DNA from: Styela clava
Taxonomy: Eukaryota
Length of the DNA: 64,000 nucleotides
Direction: 5' to 3'
Assembly: GCF_964204865.1 (NCBI RefSeq)
Contig: NC_135251.1
Coordinates: forward strand, 15,190,001-15,254,000
The position numbers and the translations under genes are program-made. This document shows positions 1-14,900 of the stretch, one piece after another. The notes under the pieces are model-generated. The model had not been told where the DNA came from, did not search any database, and saw only the letters and a list, made by a program, of their open reading frames with translations. How positions within the stretch are numbered: the first letter of the stretch is position 1; each line of letters starts with the position of its first letter.

Positions 1-1429
1 AAAATAGTTTTCATTTTGTTTTGATACAATTAGACGACCTCTACTACTGATAAAGTATTCTCTTTGTGTTCTGTCCAGTTGCGTGTATTAAAGACCCTGA
101 TGAACATATTTTTTGACTTCAGCCTATGCGTATATGCATTACCCACGACAGAAATTTGAACAACATTTTATCAGAGATATGACTTGGTATTTTGCGTCTG
201 ATCCCAAAAGAGGAAATCGAAATATTCGTTTGAATATCTTGTCGAATAAATGTCTCCACTTATTCAGTAGTGGCGGCAATAATCTGAAATAATACCCTTT
301 CGATGGTAAAATTATTACATCATAATCCGAAAATGTTGAATTTGCTGACTAATCCAATCGGAAGCGGATCAGCGGTCAGTTTTCGTTTGTCACAGAATGG
401 TTTTAACTTCCAATCAACTTAGATGTGGTGCCTTTCTCCCTATACTATACAAAAATATCATTTGTAAAACTTTACACGATTTATAAGTTATTTCAAAAAT
501 AATATTTTTAAATATTTCAACAGATCTGCTGAGATGGGTGTCGCGAATCAGGTACATAAAAACAAATTGTATATTTTTTAATAAATATTTATGCAGAATA
601 ATATGAGACATACCACAAGAGAAACTCCTAATTATATACAGAATACAATTTAAAGCGAATGATGATTATCATATTAGTAAGTATTAGTAGATCAAAAAAG
701 ATCTACCAAGAATACAAAGTTGGTTTAATTACAGAGATTAGTCATCTTATTCAGTGGTTGACTATTTATTTTATCTCATGTTGTCAGGGGTGGGTATTTT
801 AAGGAATTTATATTATCAATATATACCACACGATATATTAATGCTTATATTTTTCTGGTTCGGCTTAATCCGGTACTTTATTAGTTATAAATAGAATCAA
901 AAATTGTTCTCTATCAATGTCTTTTTATAAAGGTTTGACTGGGTTCGAAAACACTCGCATGTATAAGTTTTAATTAAGATAAACTATCAAGCTGTAAATT
1001 TCATAAGTTTATAGTCATGATGTTGTAATCGCAACGGAAAGTCAAAGTGTCAGGGCATATATTATGGTGGTTTCAAATAATTAAAAAAATTTTCAGTGTA
1101 CTAGTCACAGGGTCACTCAAAAAACGGAATCCATGAAGTTCCTGATTATCTCCGTGAAATTGGAGTAAATTATTTGATTTTGTTTATACTTCTGTTTGTG
1201 TATGATTGATACCCAAAAATTTCAGGAATCTAGGACGTTTTGCACAAAATTGGGGTTTTCGATAAAAAATGTTCCGAATCATGCACAAACAGAAGTTGGA
1301 GCATAAACAAAATTTAATAAATTTTTAATTTCTGTAGAAGTTATTAACAAATTCATGGGTACCGTTTTTTTGACTCAACTTGAGGAGCAACTTGGGGTGA
1401 GTTGTCATGGCATATTTTACACATTTCAG

Positions 1430-4400
1430 ATTACCAAATGATACAACTTGTAAATTGAGAGGAATATCAGATCTTGGCATGAATGTAGGTGAGTTTATCA
1501 ATACAAATCAAATTTTGTATCAATTTTAAAAAAATTCGAAATAAAAAAATAACTGGTTTTATTAATTTGATGATTTTCCCCAAACTCGTAATGCAATTTT
1601 CGTTTGCGATATTATTATGTTATTGGAATTTATTATTATGCTACAGGCTATTTGTCGAAGTATTCAAATTCGAAAAAGCATGTAAAAGAAAAATGATGAA
1701 ACGTCAGCAGCAACAATTAATGAAAACGACTGTTTTCGAAATCATAGTCAAGACCTGATAATGAGGCAAAGAACTTCTGTTTTTTAGATGATTATGTTGT
1801 CCCTTCAACAAATTTACCTTGGATAGTGACGATTGAACAACATGGCAGACGAAAATGCGGTGGGATCGCTATTGATTCTAACAAAATTCTAACAACAGCT
1901 CACTGTTTTATTCGCAATCCAAGACAATCTAACCATAAGCCCACACCCAGGCCGTGGTAAGTAAATCAGGTTACTATTTCTTTCATTTTTTTGCATAAAT
2001 AAAAATTTAAATGAAAATATAAAATAAGCATTATTGTTTTATGTTCATAAATATTTGGTGTAATATTTATAGATAATGTTGCAACTACCAATAATAGTGT
2101 AATCTATATCGCTGTACATAGTGTCATTTAATTGAAATATTTCTTATTGCAAAAAAAAACTAAATATGTATATGGAAGAGAGAGACGATATATTGGAAAG
2201 CTACATGTAACATCGCATCACCATACAAATAGAACCATTCAGACAAATCCAATTTTCTAAATAACAAAAGCAAAACGAACAGTATTTCAAATACTTCAAT
2301 TGACTATGACTCGTCTTATATCAAAACTTCTTTCGTCAATCATAGCAAAATGCTGGAAAATTACGACGTCAGAAGTTCAAATGGAAAGAAGTATAATATA
2401 AAAAATGTGAAATGGCATAAAAATTATCACCGCGAAAGAGGAAATGCAGACTTTTACAGGTAAGAAAGCGCTTACTCTAAATAGCTCAATTCATTTCACA
2501 TTTTCTAGATAAGAATGCACAAGATACATTGAATATTTACGTACATTTTACACCGGAAAAGATGTGCCGAATAAAAGTATTTTCTGAAAAAACACCGGTT
2601 TCGTTATTTTCAAATATTTTTTTGTGGTATTAAATAAATATAATTGAAAAACAACATGGTAAAGAGTTTTTATAGGTATCGTAGATCAAACAAACAATCG
2701 TTTCCTATTTTTTATTGCAAAACGGATTTGTTTTATCCATTAATCTATTTTTGAGTATTTCGCCTATTTTGTCGGATAGTAAAAGTGATAAGACAAAACC
2801 TTGCTACATGACACAAATTTATACAAAATGTAATTATATGGAGTTACTTTTTCAAAGAAGAATTCACACAAACTCACAAATGAAAGAATTTATACATCAA
2901 TCGACAAATAAAACAAGTTTTCATTTCAGGATATTAGGCCTATACATTTATTGAGTTTATATAATAATAATCTTACGAAGACAAAAATAAATAAAAACCG
3001 TACGGACCTCCTGAAGTATGCGCACCACGATGGCGCACAACCTGAACTCAGGTTGTGTACCAGGTTAGGATTCAGGTTATGCGACATCTTGGTGCGCATA
3101 CTTCAGGAGTAACAACCGTACAATATTAAAAATAAAGCAATATGAAACTTACAATACTGAATTTCAAAGTCTATGTCCGTCCAAGGGACTCTCTCTGAAA
3201 AATATCCAATAACAATTTATACTACAATGAAAAGAATGTTTGTTACAAGTTTAAGTACAGAAGATGTCACATTATGAAATGTGTATTTTTGGGGGTACTC
3301 CCGAAGTATGTGAGCCAAGATGGCGGACACAGGAACGTAGTATGTGTACCAGGTTACGGTTAGGCCATGATTTCAGGTTCAAATACTACGGGAGTGACTT
3401 GGCTAGTCCCAGAACTCGTAATTTAACTAAAAAATATAATAAAAAATAAGAAAAATTGGAATAAAATTATGGCCTAACCCTAACCTGGTACACATACTAC
3501 GTTCCGGTGTCCTCCATCTTGGTTCACATATCTTTTTTTATGTATATCCAAATTGAATCAAGCGTTTTTTTTTTTGGTTTCTTCTCTTTAATATTTGCTT
3601 TGTTAGTAATGTTAGTTATACATTAGACATATCTAATTTCGTTTTAATACACTTATAAGATTCGACATTGCAGTTGTGGAACTCGAATCACCATTATCAT
3701 GCGGTTTTACTCGTTGTTTGAAAACCAGTTATCCTGTTCCTACTAAGAGTCATGTGTGCTGGGCAATAGACGAAACAAAATCAGGTAATAAATCTATTGT
3801 AAAATGAAAATAAGAATCTACAGCAATCCAGCAATGAAAAAATATATTCGAAAATGTTGTAAAAGTACGGCTTAGTTTTTTTTAGTTTAAAATACTTTTG
3901 TATTGAACTTTTACTCCATGCTGACAATATTGTCAAAATAAAACAGGATTGCCGACTTCAGATCAAACACAACTACATCTCACAAAGATTGTTGTTACTC
4001 CCTGCAGGGAAGGCCATCGACCGCATCACAGAAAATTTCATTTGTGTACAAATAAAACAATGGCGGAGGTAAGATTTGTAACATGAGTATGGCGGTTTTC
4101 AGTCAACGCAATCTTGAAATAACAGCTAACCTTTTTCACCCACCCTAAACTAAATCATGGTAATTGAAATACATGATAAAATAGATCTATACTGAATAGA
4201 AGAATCTGGGTTAGTTGAGAATACGAATGACACTCCATCAACCGTCGTTTAAAGATAAAAAAAAGTAATAGGAAGTTTATATGCATTAGGGCGATAGAAA
4301 TGATTATGTTAAAGAAAAATACCAACAATATGATCAACAACAACATAATAAAAAAACGATCCGTATGAACATTTCGTGCCCAATAATTCATACGAATAGA

Positions 4401-7016
4401 TAATGATATAGACATCAATAATAGAACTTTATCGTTTTGCTATTTGAGTTCAAACAATTCAAAAGAAAGGGGGAACTATATCTAATTCATGAATAAAATG
4501 CATAAGCCATAGCCGATTTGGAAAATTGAATTACTGCGTGACAAAGCCTTGGAACTGAAATTGGTGTCTAAATGAAACCCACTCACCGAAAATTGTACTC
4601 AAAAAATTCAGAAACGAGAAATATGACATTAAGTAATCAATCAGGAAATCACCTCAATAGTGGATGGGATCAGAGATTAATTTTGTCAGAGTGAAACATT
4701 CTACAAAGAAAAATTTCCACGGTTGAGCTGTTTGAGAGAGGAATGTCTTGAGTTGAATTATCTTGAAACCCTAAATTAGTTAACTTGGATTAGTGTACAC
4801 GGATATTGTATATATACCAAAAAAGTGGACTTGTCATATTTTCATGTTTATAATTTTTTCGCTTAGTCCAAATATACGTTTTATATGAAGATTTCATGTC
4901 AATTCTACTCTACGACTTTCTGAACACTCATACATAATTTCCGAAACCCATTTGAAAATTTTCGAAAGTATCAACATTAATCACAAAAAACTGCCGTATA
5001 TACATACATACAGATGTAATAGAGGATTTTATGTCAATCAAATAGCGGTAAATGTCAATCTTCATTCAATATAAGTGAAGATACATCAATTATTGTTTCA
5101 ATACCGCTATAATTGGGCGTTAAACTTACATCGAAATTGAAAACACATTGTAACGCCGGTCAACCTGGTTGATAATGTCAATCAAATGCGGAATTTATCG
5201 CGATAAACAAACAAAGAGTTCCGACATAAACAAGTCAATCTTTTGTACAAATAAATTTAAGAACGTATGTCTATTATCATACTTACATAATCTTTTTCTG
5301 GTGTTCTGAAAATGCATGAAATATTTTCCGTAAATCTCGACATTTTTCACAAAATTGTGATCAAAGCAAGGTCAACTCAAGTTCTGTTAATAAATACGGA
5401 TAATTTATTCAAAAGTGAATCAGCCCATAGAAGTTCCAGAAGTTACTTCCAACACACCAGGAAATACGTATTTGAATTTCAAAACGAGTTTCAATAGAAG
5501 TGAATTATATCGTGCAGCCAGTCGACGACAAGCAAACGATATCAGTTTTAGCAAATGGTATCCATTTGTATATTTACTTTGTGACTTGTTCTATTTATAT
5601 TCGTCGACTCGTTGACGTGTATACAGACATTAGAAGCGCAGGCAAAACTTATATCGTTTTATATCGCGGCCTTTCACCAGTTGTCATGAATTGCCCTTGT
5701 CGGATGATAAAATGAAAAATATAATACTCTTTTTCATGTCTTACCTACAATTGCTCCATTACTACAATTGCAACCACTACTAAACAGCAAAATGCTCACC
5801 TATTGCCTAATCTAATGGAACACTCAAATAAAGTTAGGTTTACTTAGCGGGAGCTCTCCATGAAATTTTGCAAGTATTGACTTTCACGAAAATGTAGTTT
5901 GACATTTTTCGAGAATGTAATTTTGTGAGGGTTTTACTTTGCGAAAGCGTACTTCTTCAAAAACCTAATTTTGAATAAATGTACTTTTGCCAGAATTCGG
6001 TCTTGAGTGTAAAAATTACTTTGCACCAATTATAAATTCCCTACAATAGAAATGTTGTGGCATTTTATCCTAGCCAAAAAGCTTATTGCCCGCCCTACTT
6101 TTTAAGCACGTACATGTAAAAAACTGCAGTCTCGGAAAAAGTTTTTGCATTGGGGGTTAGGCTGTTCGCCCAATGCGCTTGATAGCACGTTGGCTGCTCC
6201 TGGTTAAAACAATATTATGAGTTCACTGTTCATCCACACCCGCTCATCTTACCTAAAACCGTCAATATATAGATAAAGATTACAATTATAAGAGCAAATG
6301 GATTGTGGTATTATATGGTATGTCAATAACAGATTATGGTCATGATTCAATATACAATTTCGTCTAGAAATATAAACCAGATATACAAATCACTGACTTA
6401 TGGCTTTCATCTTGCTGTGTATAAGTTTTCAGGAACTTGCACCTTTCATTATGTCTGATAGACACGATAAAATTCACATAATGAAAAACAAATAATAAAA
6501 CAAAAACATATTCGACGCAGTTAAATCACGTTGGAGATCGTCAAGTATTTCTCTTTGAAAGAATCAAATTATGCGCTTTTACAGAAACGACATTGAAGAT
6601 ATCCCCAGCTAACATGACAATATATATTGAATACCAAAATGCAAAGCAATTTACTTTTGAGCAACGTGCGGTACAAACAACAATTATATTTAGTTTGGGC
6701 AGTGTCGGTTGGTTTTTCATTAAATACAATTATGTCCACATTGCCATCATGCTATATTTGGCTCCAAGACTGAAAGATGAAGTCTTAATACCAAGTAAAG
6801 TAAATCAAAATTGTTTCATATTTCCAGGGACAGAGCGGACAGCCAATACTCTGCACCGATATGAAAACTGGTCATTATTCAATTTCCGCATTGATATCTC
6901 AAAGAAACCCTAGAGGCACTGCAACCGTGTTAACCAATCTATATCACGATGTTTTTCCAGATAAGTGGGCATCCTGTAACTCAACTATTGGAAAATTCCC
7001 AATATCACCATCTTAA
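1430..7016 (+). CDS. Divergent trypsin-like (S1) serine protease/homolog, 5' end unresolved; exons 1430-1488, 1788-1956, 2346-2459, 3660-3784, 3947-4068, 6828-7016
   Basis: Phase-consistent GT-AG exons translate to LPWIVTI..CGGIAI..ILTTAHC (His), KWHKNY, FDIAVVEL (Asp) and GQSGQPILC (Ser), with stop TAA at 7014-7016. Confidence 0.8.
3004..3113. mobile_element. Short palindromic MITE, GG terminus, 8-bp TSD (Merlin-like)
   Basis: TIR ctcctgaagtatgcgcacca / tggtgcgcatacttcaggag; flanking direct repeat aaccgtac at 2996-3003 and 3114-3121. Confidence 0.8.
3294..3531. mobile_element. MITE related to 3004-3113, same family as 50955-51184
   Basis: Long TIR caagatggcggacacaggaacgtagtatgtgtaccagg / cctggtacacatactacgttccggtgtcctccatcttgg; right end eroded. 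Confidence 0.75.
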
Positions 7017-9586
7017 AATAGATGACATCTTTCGTTGTTAAACACTGGATTCAAAATATTTATTTATTTATAGTTATAGTTATAAATAATGTTGGCCTAA
7101 AAACATACTTTTTAAATGCATTTCAAATATAATGAATGGGATACGTGCAACATTTTTGTTAAGTGCAATAAATTTTCACCCATAAACTGATAAACAAATC
7201 GCAAATTTAAATATTAGTTAATGTTTGATATCTTTCATGTATGATTTGTAGTGAATTGACACCACTATTCTATAACCATCCACAAAATTAGCCCATTTAT
7301 AAAGTTCTCATTGCACTCCCAATTTAACCGTCAAATACGACAGGGTTTGACGGGAGCTTGCAGAAGAGTGGGTCCGCATGGATTCGACAGGCTCGCAAAG
7401 GTTAATGCGAGTAAAAATGTTGTTAGTAGAAACCTGCTCGCAACAGGCATTTTTATTGAATCTCTCGAAACATTTTAAATCGAGGGAATGTGTAATATAT
7501 CATAGTGTATATGAACTCAATACGTTTATGTATGTGTCAGACTCAGTATTACAAACTTGGTTTTCCAGTATTACATATTTCAGTCCAATTTCATGTCCTT
7601 TAATATCGATATTGTTTGATGAAAGAGGTGAAAGAATCATTTCTAAATTCGTTTTAATTTCTAACTACGACTTACACAATAGAATATATATTTCAAGATA
7701 TTTTTGTCTATGCCACTGTGATCTTGCGTGTTTTTATCAATGAACTTTTAGCTGTATATATTGTTTATTAATAAAGTGTAATGCAATGAAACTAGTAGTC
7801 ATTCATGGAACGGTTTTTCATATATGGTGATTTTGAGACCACACCTAATCGATAAGGATTATTGGAAGAAACTGTGAAAACGGAAATGTTGTGAAATGTC
7901 AAAAAATATTATAATTCTGGAAACCATATTTATTCAACAAGTACACTCCATTATTAAAAAATTGCTGTTAGCAACATGAAAGAATAATACTGAGAAAGAC
8001 AGCAATGATTCCAAGTAAATAGTAAATGAATAATAGTAAATGGTGATTATTCAAACGATTTCAAAAGAACGAGTAAAGTTGTATTTATCACCCAGACAAA
8101 TCGCTGGTACATCGGTGTATGTTTTTTCCTTTCGAGAATAATTGCACTTTGCAAATGTTATACAAATAATTGAAATAAATTTGAATACTATAATGATTCC
8201 TCAATGCAAACAAGACTAACCCGCATAACATTGAATATTTTGAGATAAGACATCACTTCGCATTCACAAATTGAATTTTAGTGAAATTTAAACTTGAAAT
8301 TACGATTGCGAACACAAATCTATTAGAATGCGATACCACCAACAGCAAAGTTGTAACTTTATATCCCGTAAAATTTATTCCTGTTAATTACTGCCATATA
8401 TCCTCATGTCCACGTGTAAATAATGAATCAAATAACCATCAATTAGTAGATAATATTATTCCTAATTATAGGATATTAGCGACAGGTTTTGCTAAACAAG
8501 CTGCTCTTTTTATTGTCTATGAATAACCTTACCACTTTTAACATGCCCGTCGTCGCGTGCAACCTGTCCACAAACATATCGTAAAAATAGAATATGATTG
8601 AGTGCTTTTATGTTCAGCATGAGATTTTATCAGACACCCATGCTGGTATTTAATAAACCATGTAAATTTTCTAAAATTATGTTTTATATTGTACATACCT
8701 AAATACAATTAATCATGATTATGAATACATGGGAGAAATGTGTTTATGGTTGTGTATCAATATCAATTTTTAAAATGGCGGAAAACATTGGAATGCAATG
8801 TTATTAAAAGATCAATACATTGCGTGCTCATATGAAAATGTCATCAAAGCAAATACAGCGAACAAAACTCCTTCGGGGTAATGGTTCATCTGACTTGTAA
8901 GCTTGACGTGGAATATATATATAAAAAAAAATAGAACACTGAAGCGGCAGTGTAGGCAAGAAGACCTAAAACAATCATAATCCGCCTACTGGAAAATATT
9001 TTGTGGCACTCCTCTAAATATTATTTTATTCCAGTCAAAATTTTGGAAATTAAAGTCTTGTAGGTCGCGTTTTCGGTAAATCAATAACCAATGAATAAAT
9101 CTGAATTGATTAAGTGTATTTTTTTTTTTTTTATGTGAAGCGCTTATTTGATATGCCTACATCTGTTCTACATTCAATATTGTACCTTATGTAATTGTTT
9201 TCACATACGCTATAATTTTATCAGAAATTCCATATTGCATTCCAACACGCATTCTTTAAATCTTTGTCGAATTAATCGTAGAAAACACATGACTATGTTG
9301 CTGTAAAATCTTGTATACTCTTGTTCAAACATTAAATTGGTATGAAGTATATATTTAATGTGTTATTTGATTAGTAATATCTAACAAATCTATATTTGTT
9401 CAACATATCAATGAAAATTTCCAACGTTTTGTTGTTTCAAAAAATAGTTTGGCGCTGTTGCCCACGAACTTTATTTCGAAATGTTTTGGTTGTAATATTG
9501 AAATACCCACATTGATGCATCGTAAGCTTATATAATATCTATAAAAGCTAAATATCTACATACAAAAATTGATTGCAGTTGCAAAC

Positions 9587-11082
9587 ATGAATGAATACGA
9601 AAACATTGATGGAGTTGAGTTTCGTAGAATTGGAGATGGTGGATTATCAGGTATTTTTCGTATTTGCTTTCTTGCTTCATACATATTATTAATAATTACC
9701 GCTGTGATTTTGTAAACTAATATATGCATGAAACTACTTTATGAATATATGGTTACAGAATGTTAGGCGCAATAAAACTGGGAGGAAAAGGCAAGTAATC
9801 TCTATATAATAAAGTTTACTTCACACTTCCTCAGACACAAACCCAAACTGAAATTTGCGATGATCATGCAAATACCGCTTTTAGCATTGCATTTATCTTA
9901 TTGAAAAATAAAATGTATTTATTATTGTGGATATGTTACATCGATGCCCTGCTATATTATTAGCAAATTTCCCGGGTGAAAATGGCTGACTAAAAGCAGG
10001 AATGTATTGACGAATATTTTATTATAGCACCTCCTCTGAATAAGAGACCAGATGAAACGAAAATTGCACATACGACAAAATGGAGATGGATTTTCATAAC
10101 AATTGGCTTCTTTGTTATCTCTGGCATATCATCTACAGCATTTTATCTAAGTTGGAAGGTAAACTGCAATCGCTGAAGTCATTTTATTCTCTAGGATCCA
10201 TTTTTGTGTAATGCGTCGGAGGTCGCTTCTTGGAAATAAGCCTTGGTGTTAAATTTTAGTTCAAACTATTCTGTATAGTACAGTGTATACGATCTGAACA
10301 AATTGAACTACAGCATATTACAGAGTTTCTGCCCCAAAAATTGCTTTTAGCGCATCAAACATTCATTTATAAATGCGTCACGACTTTATTTAACGAATGT
10401 CCAGAACATTCGGGTTTGGGGTCACTTCTAATTGGTCGAGCAACGACTACTTTTAGTTACGTACGTTTTTCAATTGCATTGTTACTGTATGTGTATTGTG
10501 TATTCCTGCAATAGCTATACCAAGAACAAACGAATAATGAAGAAATGTGGAGGGAAGCGCTGACAAAGATAAACATGACCATATTCAAAGGTATGGAAAT
10601 TTTTGTAAACTGAATACATTGACATTAGGCATTAAATTCTGCATTATCTATTACCATGGGCTTGTCCATGGGACATATTTTTTTTTCATAAATCATCTCA
10701 TGGCGATTTATGCCCGTTCCATCTCATGAACCAGTCTGGTAACTAATCTAAAAATAAAAAAGGCCATGTGTATTTATTTATTTATCCGGTGTCTCACCAC
10801 GAATCAAATAATAGATAAAACCAAGTGTAGTGCTGACGTAATCAATTTTGCTATCATAAATAAAATGTGTGCTGTCCCATGGGACGTTTTCCATGGCCAC
10901 GGTTGACTATTACTACTGCATTCATGATAATTTATTAAGGTTATTTGTTGAAGAAACTCTATTTGTTAGACTTCTCTAATAAAACAAACACTTCTATGGA
11001 AATAAAATGTGTACAAATAATACATTTTATAGTGTGTTGTGTAAAGCAAGAAACCCAACCAGGAACTGCTAACGGATACTGA
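9587..11082 (+). CDS. Small single-pass (type II-like) membrane protein, ~106 aa; exons 9587-9650, 10028-10158, 10515-10590, 11033-11082
   Basis: Four phase-consistent GT-AG exons: MNEYENIDGVEFRR...KWRWIFITIGFFVISGISSTAFYLSWK...VCCVKQETQPGTANGY*; AATAAA at ~11099. The choice of last exon is less certain. Confidence 0.6.
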
Positions 11083-11905
11083 TGATAATTATAATTTGAA
11101 TAAATAATTCAAGTATTTTTTGCATAATTTCATAAACATTCAATATACAGTATGCAATGAGGCACTTCAGCGGAAAATTTTCACTTATTTCTGTATTGCT
11201 CTCTTGTTTAACTACTACGCAGATTCACGTGGATATTCATATTTGGAATATGAATATTCTACCCCGACCGTATCGTAAACTAGGGCTGGACTACGATGTT
11301 CTCCATCCATAGGTTCCTGCAATATATTGCTTCATCCAATTTGTAGCATTTTGTATCGAATTTGAATGAATAGACTTTTACATAACGATGCAACCCGATC
11401 TAAACTTGGTCGCTTCAACACAACTTGTAATGTATTTTGTATGTTTAGAAATCCAGAAGAAATTATCAAGCTAAAAACATCCATCCGGAAGTTTCCAAAT
11501 TGTTGGGATTGGTAATTTCAGTTATTTAATGACATCGTGAATACGTTTACTTTTCTTTATATAAGATATACGATACAAAAATTTTAAGTGAATTGTACTA
11601 GTTCTATTTTATGGTAATGATTGCAACATGGCTATACAGGCTTACATCATCATTTTTGTGGGCAATTTCAATTTCAGATATAAAAAAAAACGCCCGTCAG
11701 GTAAAGGAGGAAACATGCACCATATGTACTCATCTAAGTATGCGTTAATGGATACATTTCCATGATCATCTATAGCTGAACTTAAAATTTAATTTTATGA
11801 TAAAAATTCCCTGGAACTGCAATCTTGTGATTTATTCACTTTAGGCGGCATAAAAAAAAGTGAGATAAAGCGATTCGTACATTGTATTTTTTTTGCGTAT
11901 GTATT

Positions 11906-11907
<2 letters not shown>

Positions 11908-11938
<31 letters not shown>
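11908..11938. repeat. (TA)n microsatellite
   Basis: Visible directly; another (TA)n lies at ~35360-35378. Confidence 0.9.
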
Positions 11939-11943
<5 letters not shown>

Positions 11944-14900
11944 GATAACGTATACGTTGAATATAATATTAATGATGGGCTATTTAGTTTATAAAACTTT
12001 TTTTCCTATAGTCGACCACAATACGTTTTTGTATAAGGGGTAAGACCGGCAGTAAGATCGGGATCTTTTATATGAGTTATGTTTAAAAAATTAAAGAATT
12101 GTTTTTGTTGATATGCTAGAATTTGCTGAATGAGAGTTTGATGACGACGAAGAGCCGATTTGCGTTATCTGGTCTTTCAGTTTAACGACATTTAAAACAC
12201 ATTCGTGCTGTTGTTACGGCCATGAAGAAATTCATTATTTATGTGTATATAAAAAACCTTTTTTCTCCTAAAAATTGTACTTTTCCGATTTCGAGAAATG
12301 AAACACTGTTTTTAGTTTTTATATAGTTTAAGACAGTGCTTCTCAAACTTTTTTTTTCGCGACCCCAATTTTCATAAAATCGAAGCCTGCAGATACTCGC
12401 GACCCCACAACTAGAAACGTTCAGCTAATATATGAGTTTATTTACAATGTACCCGTATATTGACTGAAAGTGAACGTTGGCGGGGAACATTGGCACAAAA
12501 AATATATGAACGAGTCCGGCAAAGCGCCGGAAAACAGGATAACCTCAGAAGATTTGATAACACATGGCATCGTATGAAAACCACGGTGTAAAATCTCTTA
12601 AATCAGAGTTATAACGGTTCTTTGGCGAAACATCCATATTGTAAAATTTAATGCAGGTATGCTCAATAAATAGGTCAAAATTGAACTATTGTAAACCTAT
12701 GTGGAACTAATCAAGCTGTCCCAACTCTACAACGGATTACAGTAGCATTCTTTCATTTGAAATAAAATGACTTGCTAACAACGACAAAGAAGACAGATTG
12801 CTACACAAATAATACTAGTCTGCTCCACGAGTCTGAATTTTTTAACATTATCATCATAGCATCACCAAACAACGCTTTTGCTAAGAGTTGATATATTTCA
12901 CCCGCAACGTATCAAACCGGCATAATTTGAGGAGCATATTCATGGCATGTCGATTTGAAATGGGTGTTGTTGTGAAAAGCACCCAGGATTTTTTTAACGT
13001 GGGGAACACGATGTATCTGAAAAAAAAAAACATACGCCAAAGATACAATTTGTAACGCCGTAAGACGTTTCAAAAACTAAATATTGCATGTTGTTTATAA
13101 CAAAACTCCGTTAATTTCCTTGTTGCGTGTCGCTCGACTCCCTTTTGTCAGACGTCGTTCGGAGAATTTTCAATTTCACAAATATAAACTGCCATCGCGG
13201 AAAAGTCAGGAGTAGCCAGCAGTAAAACCATATCACGGCGTTCGCTCTTTATTGTTTTTGTTTCATAAATAAGGTAGCCGTTGGGTATTTGTCGGGGATA
13301 AACTAATGTAACAGCACTCTAGTGAATGTTCCAAGCGCAGTATAACCACAGAGTTCCCACTAATATGAACGATAGTTGAAGCGAGTTGATTTTTTTTCTA
13401 TGCACGAAATAATAAGGTGAGATGAACATCATTATAAGCGGCCACTAAAAGAGATAGCGCATCTTAAACACGATTGAAATTCTGGCGGTGTTAAATTGCG
13501 CACAGAATAACATAGTTCTGACCGCAAAGCGGGGGCAATCGAGTTTTCGAGTCAATCTGAAATGAAAACACAAATATACAAAATCTTCCGGCATCCAAGA
13601 TAATTTGCGCTGTCACATCTTTCAAACTTTCTACTCTTGCCTAACAGTAACCAAGATCGATATGAGTTACCTGTTACTATGAGTTGGGTGTAATAGAGAG
13701 AATAGTATAACGAACATAGTAGCCATATAGTAATTGTGATGAAACGTTTGTCATAATAAATTTAGGGGAAAATACATCCTAATCATCATTCTAGAAATTT
13801 TTTAGTCAACATTGACGTAGGCCTGTCACACTTACCTGAAGATTTAAGGTCAGCCGCCCGAATTTCTGAACAATATATGCAGAGTCATATCGTAGGGTGG
13901 CCATATTTCCAAACCCGAAAAGAAGGACATATCGTTTGGTAGAACAATATTTCACATGTGCCCGAGATATACATTATATATCTACTAAATTCCTTAGGAT
14001 TAAAAATATAAATAACAATAGACGAAGTGACGACAATGCAATAATGCATTCTTGTCCTGTCATCGAGCAACTGTAGCCGCAAGTAATGTACACCGCTGGG
14101 CATAATGTACTGGGTCTACTGACATAATATACTGCTAAAATCGAAATTTCACTAAATTGCTAAAAACAAGATGAAATGACATGAAGATAATCGCAAAACA
14201 ACACGATTTTTACGTGATAAACAAGTATGCATTTAACCTAGAGAGGTGGTTCTAAACTTTGGCGTGTCTGCCGAACCCCAAACGATATTGTGCTAGCTCA
14301 AGTTGAGCCCCATTCAACGGTTGATTTACTGAATTAGGAGCGCAATTAGAACTTTACAATAGAGAAGTTTTGTGAATGGTTATAAAAAATTATGATGTAA
14401 CCGTAGATATCAATATGCAGTGTGGAAATAGTCATTGTCGTGTCACAATGGTGCTGGCAGCAATATCTTTTGTTGTATAAAAATTGCACTTTTGAGATCG
14501 GAAAGATGATACGATACCTGAAAAATGTTGGTAGCTCAGTCATTTCTCAAACTTCTAACGGCATTCGAATGCGGATTAAAGCGTTTTTTTCATAGATTCT
14601 TGCAGGAATTAACATAGACTACCAGTCAGGGTAGGAGAACTTCGCTCGTTTATCTTCGCTAGTTGCCTCAGCAAGCCATAACACTAGTCAATTCAGTGAC
14701 AAAAGGGATGCGACAATATGTCGAAAGTTTTTTAGTTAATTTTATGACGAAACAATACGAAATGCGATTTTTTTTTATTTCTCTATAAATGCGACGCAGG
14801 CCACAGATAATGAAGCGGCGGGCCACATGTGGCCCGCGGGCCGGGGTTTGGACCACTCTGGTCTACCTTATGACTCAGCGTTATTTTGAGGCCGTCCAGA

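Noticed and set aside
5415-5615. ORF with a GTATCC donor-like site inside the protease intron
   Set aside because: The donor deviates from the U12 consensus, there is no clear acceptor, and the protease model does not need it.
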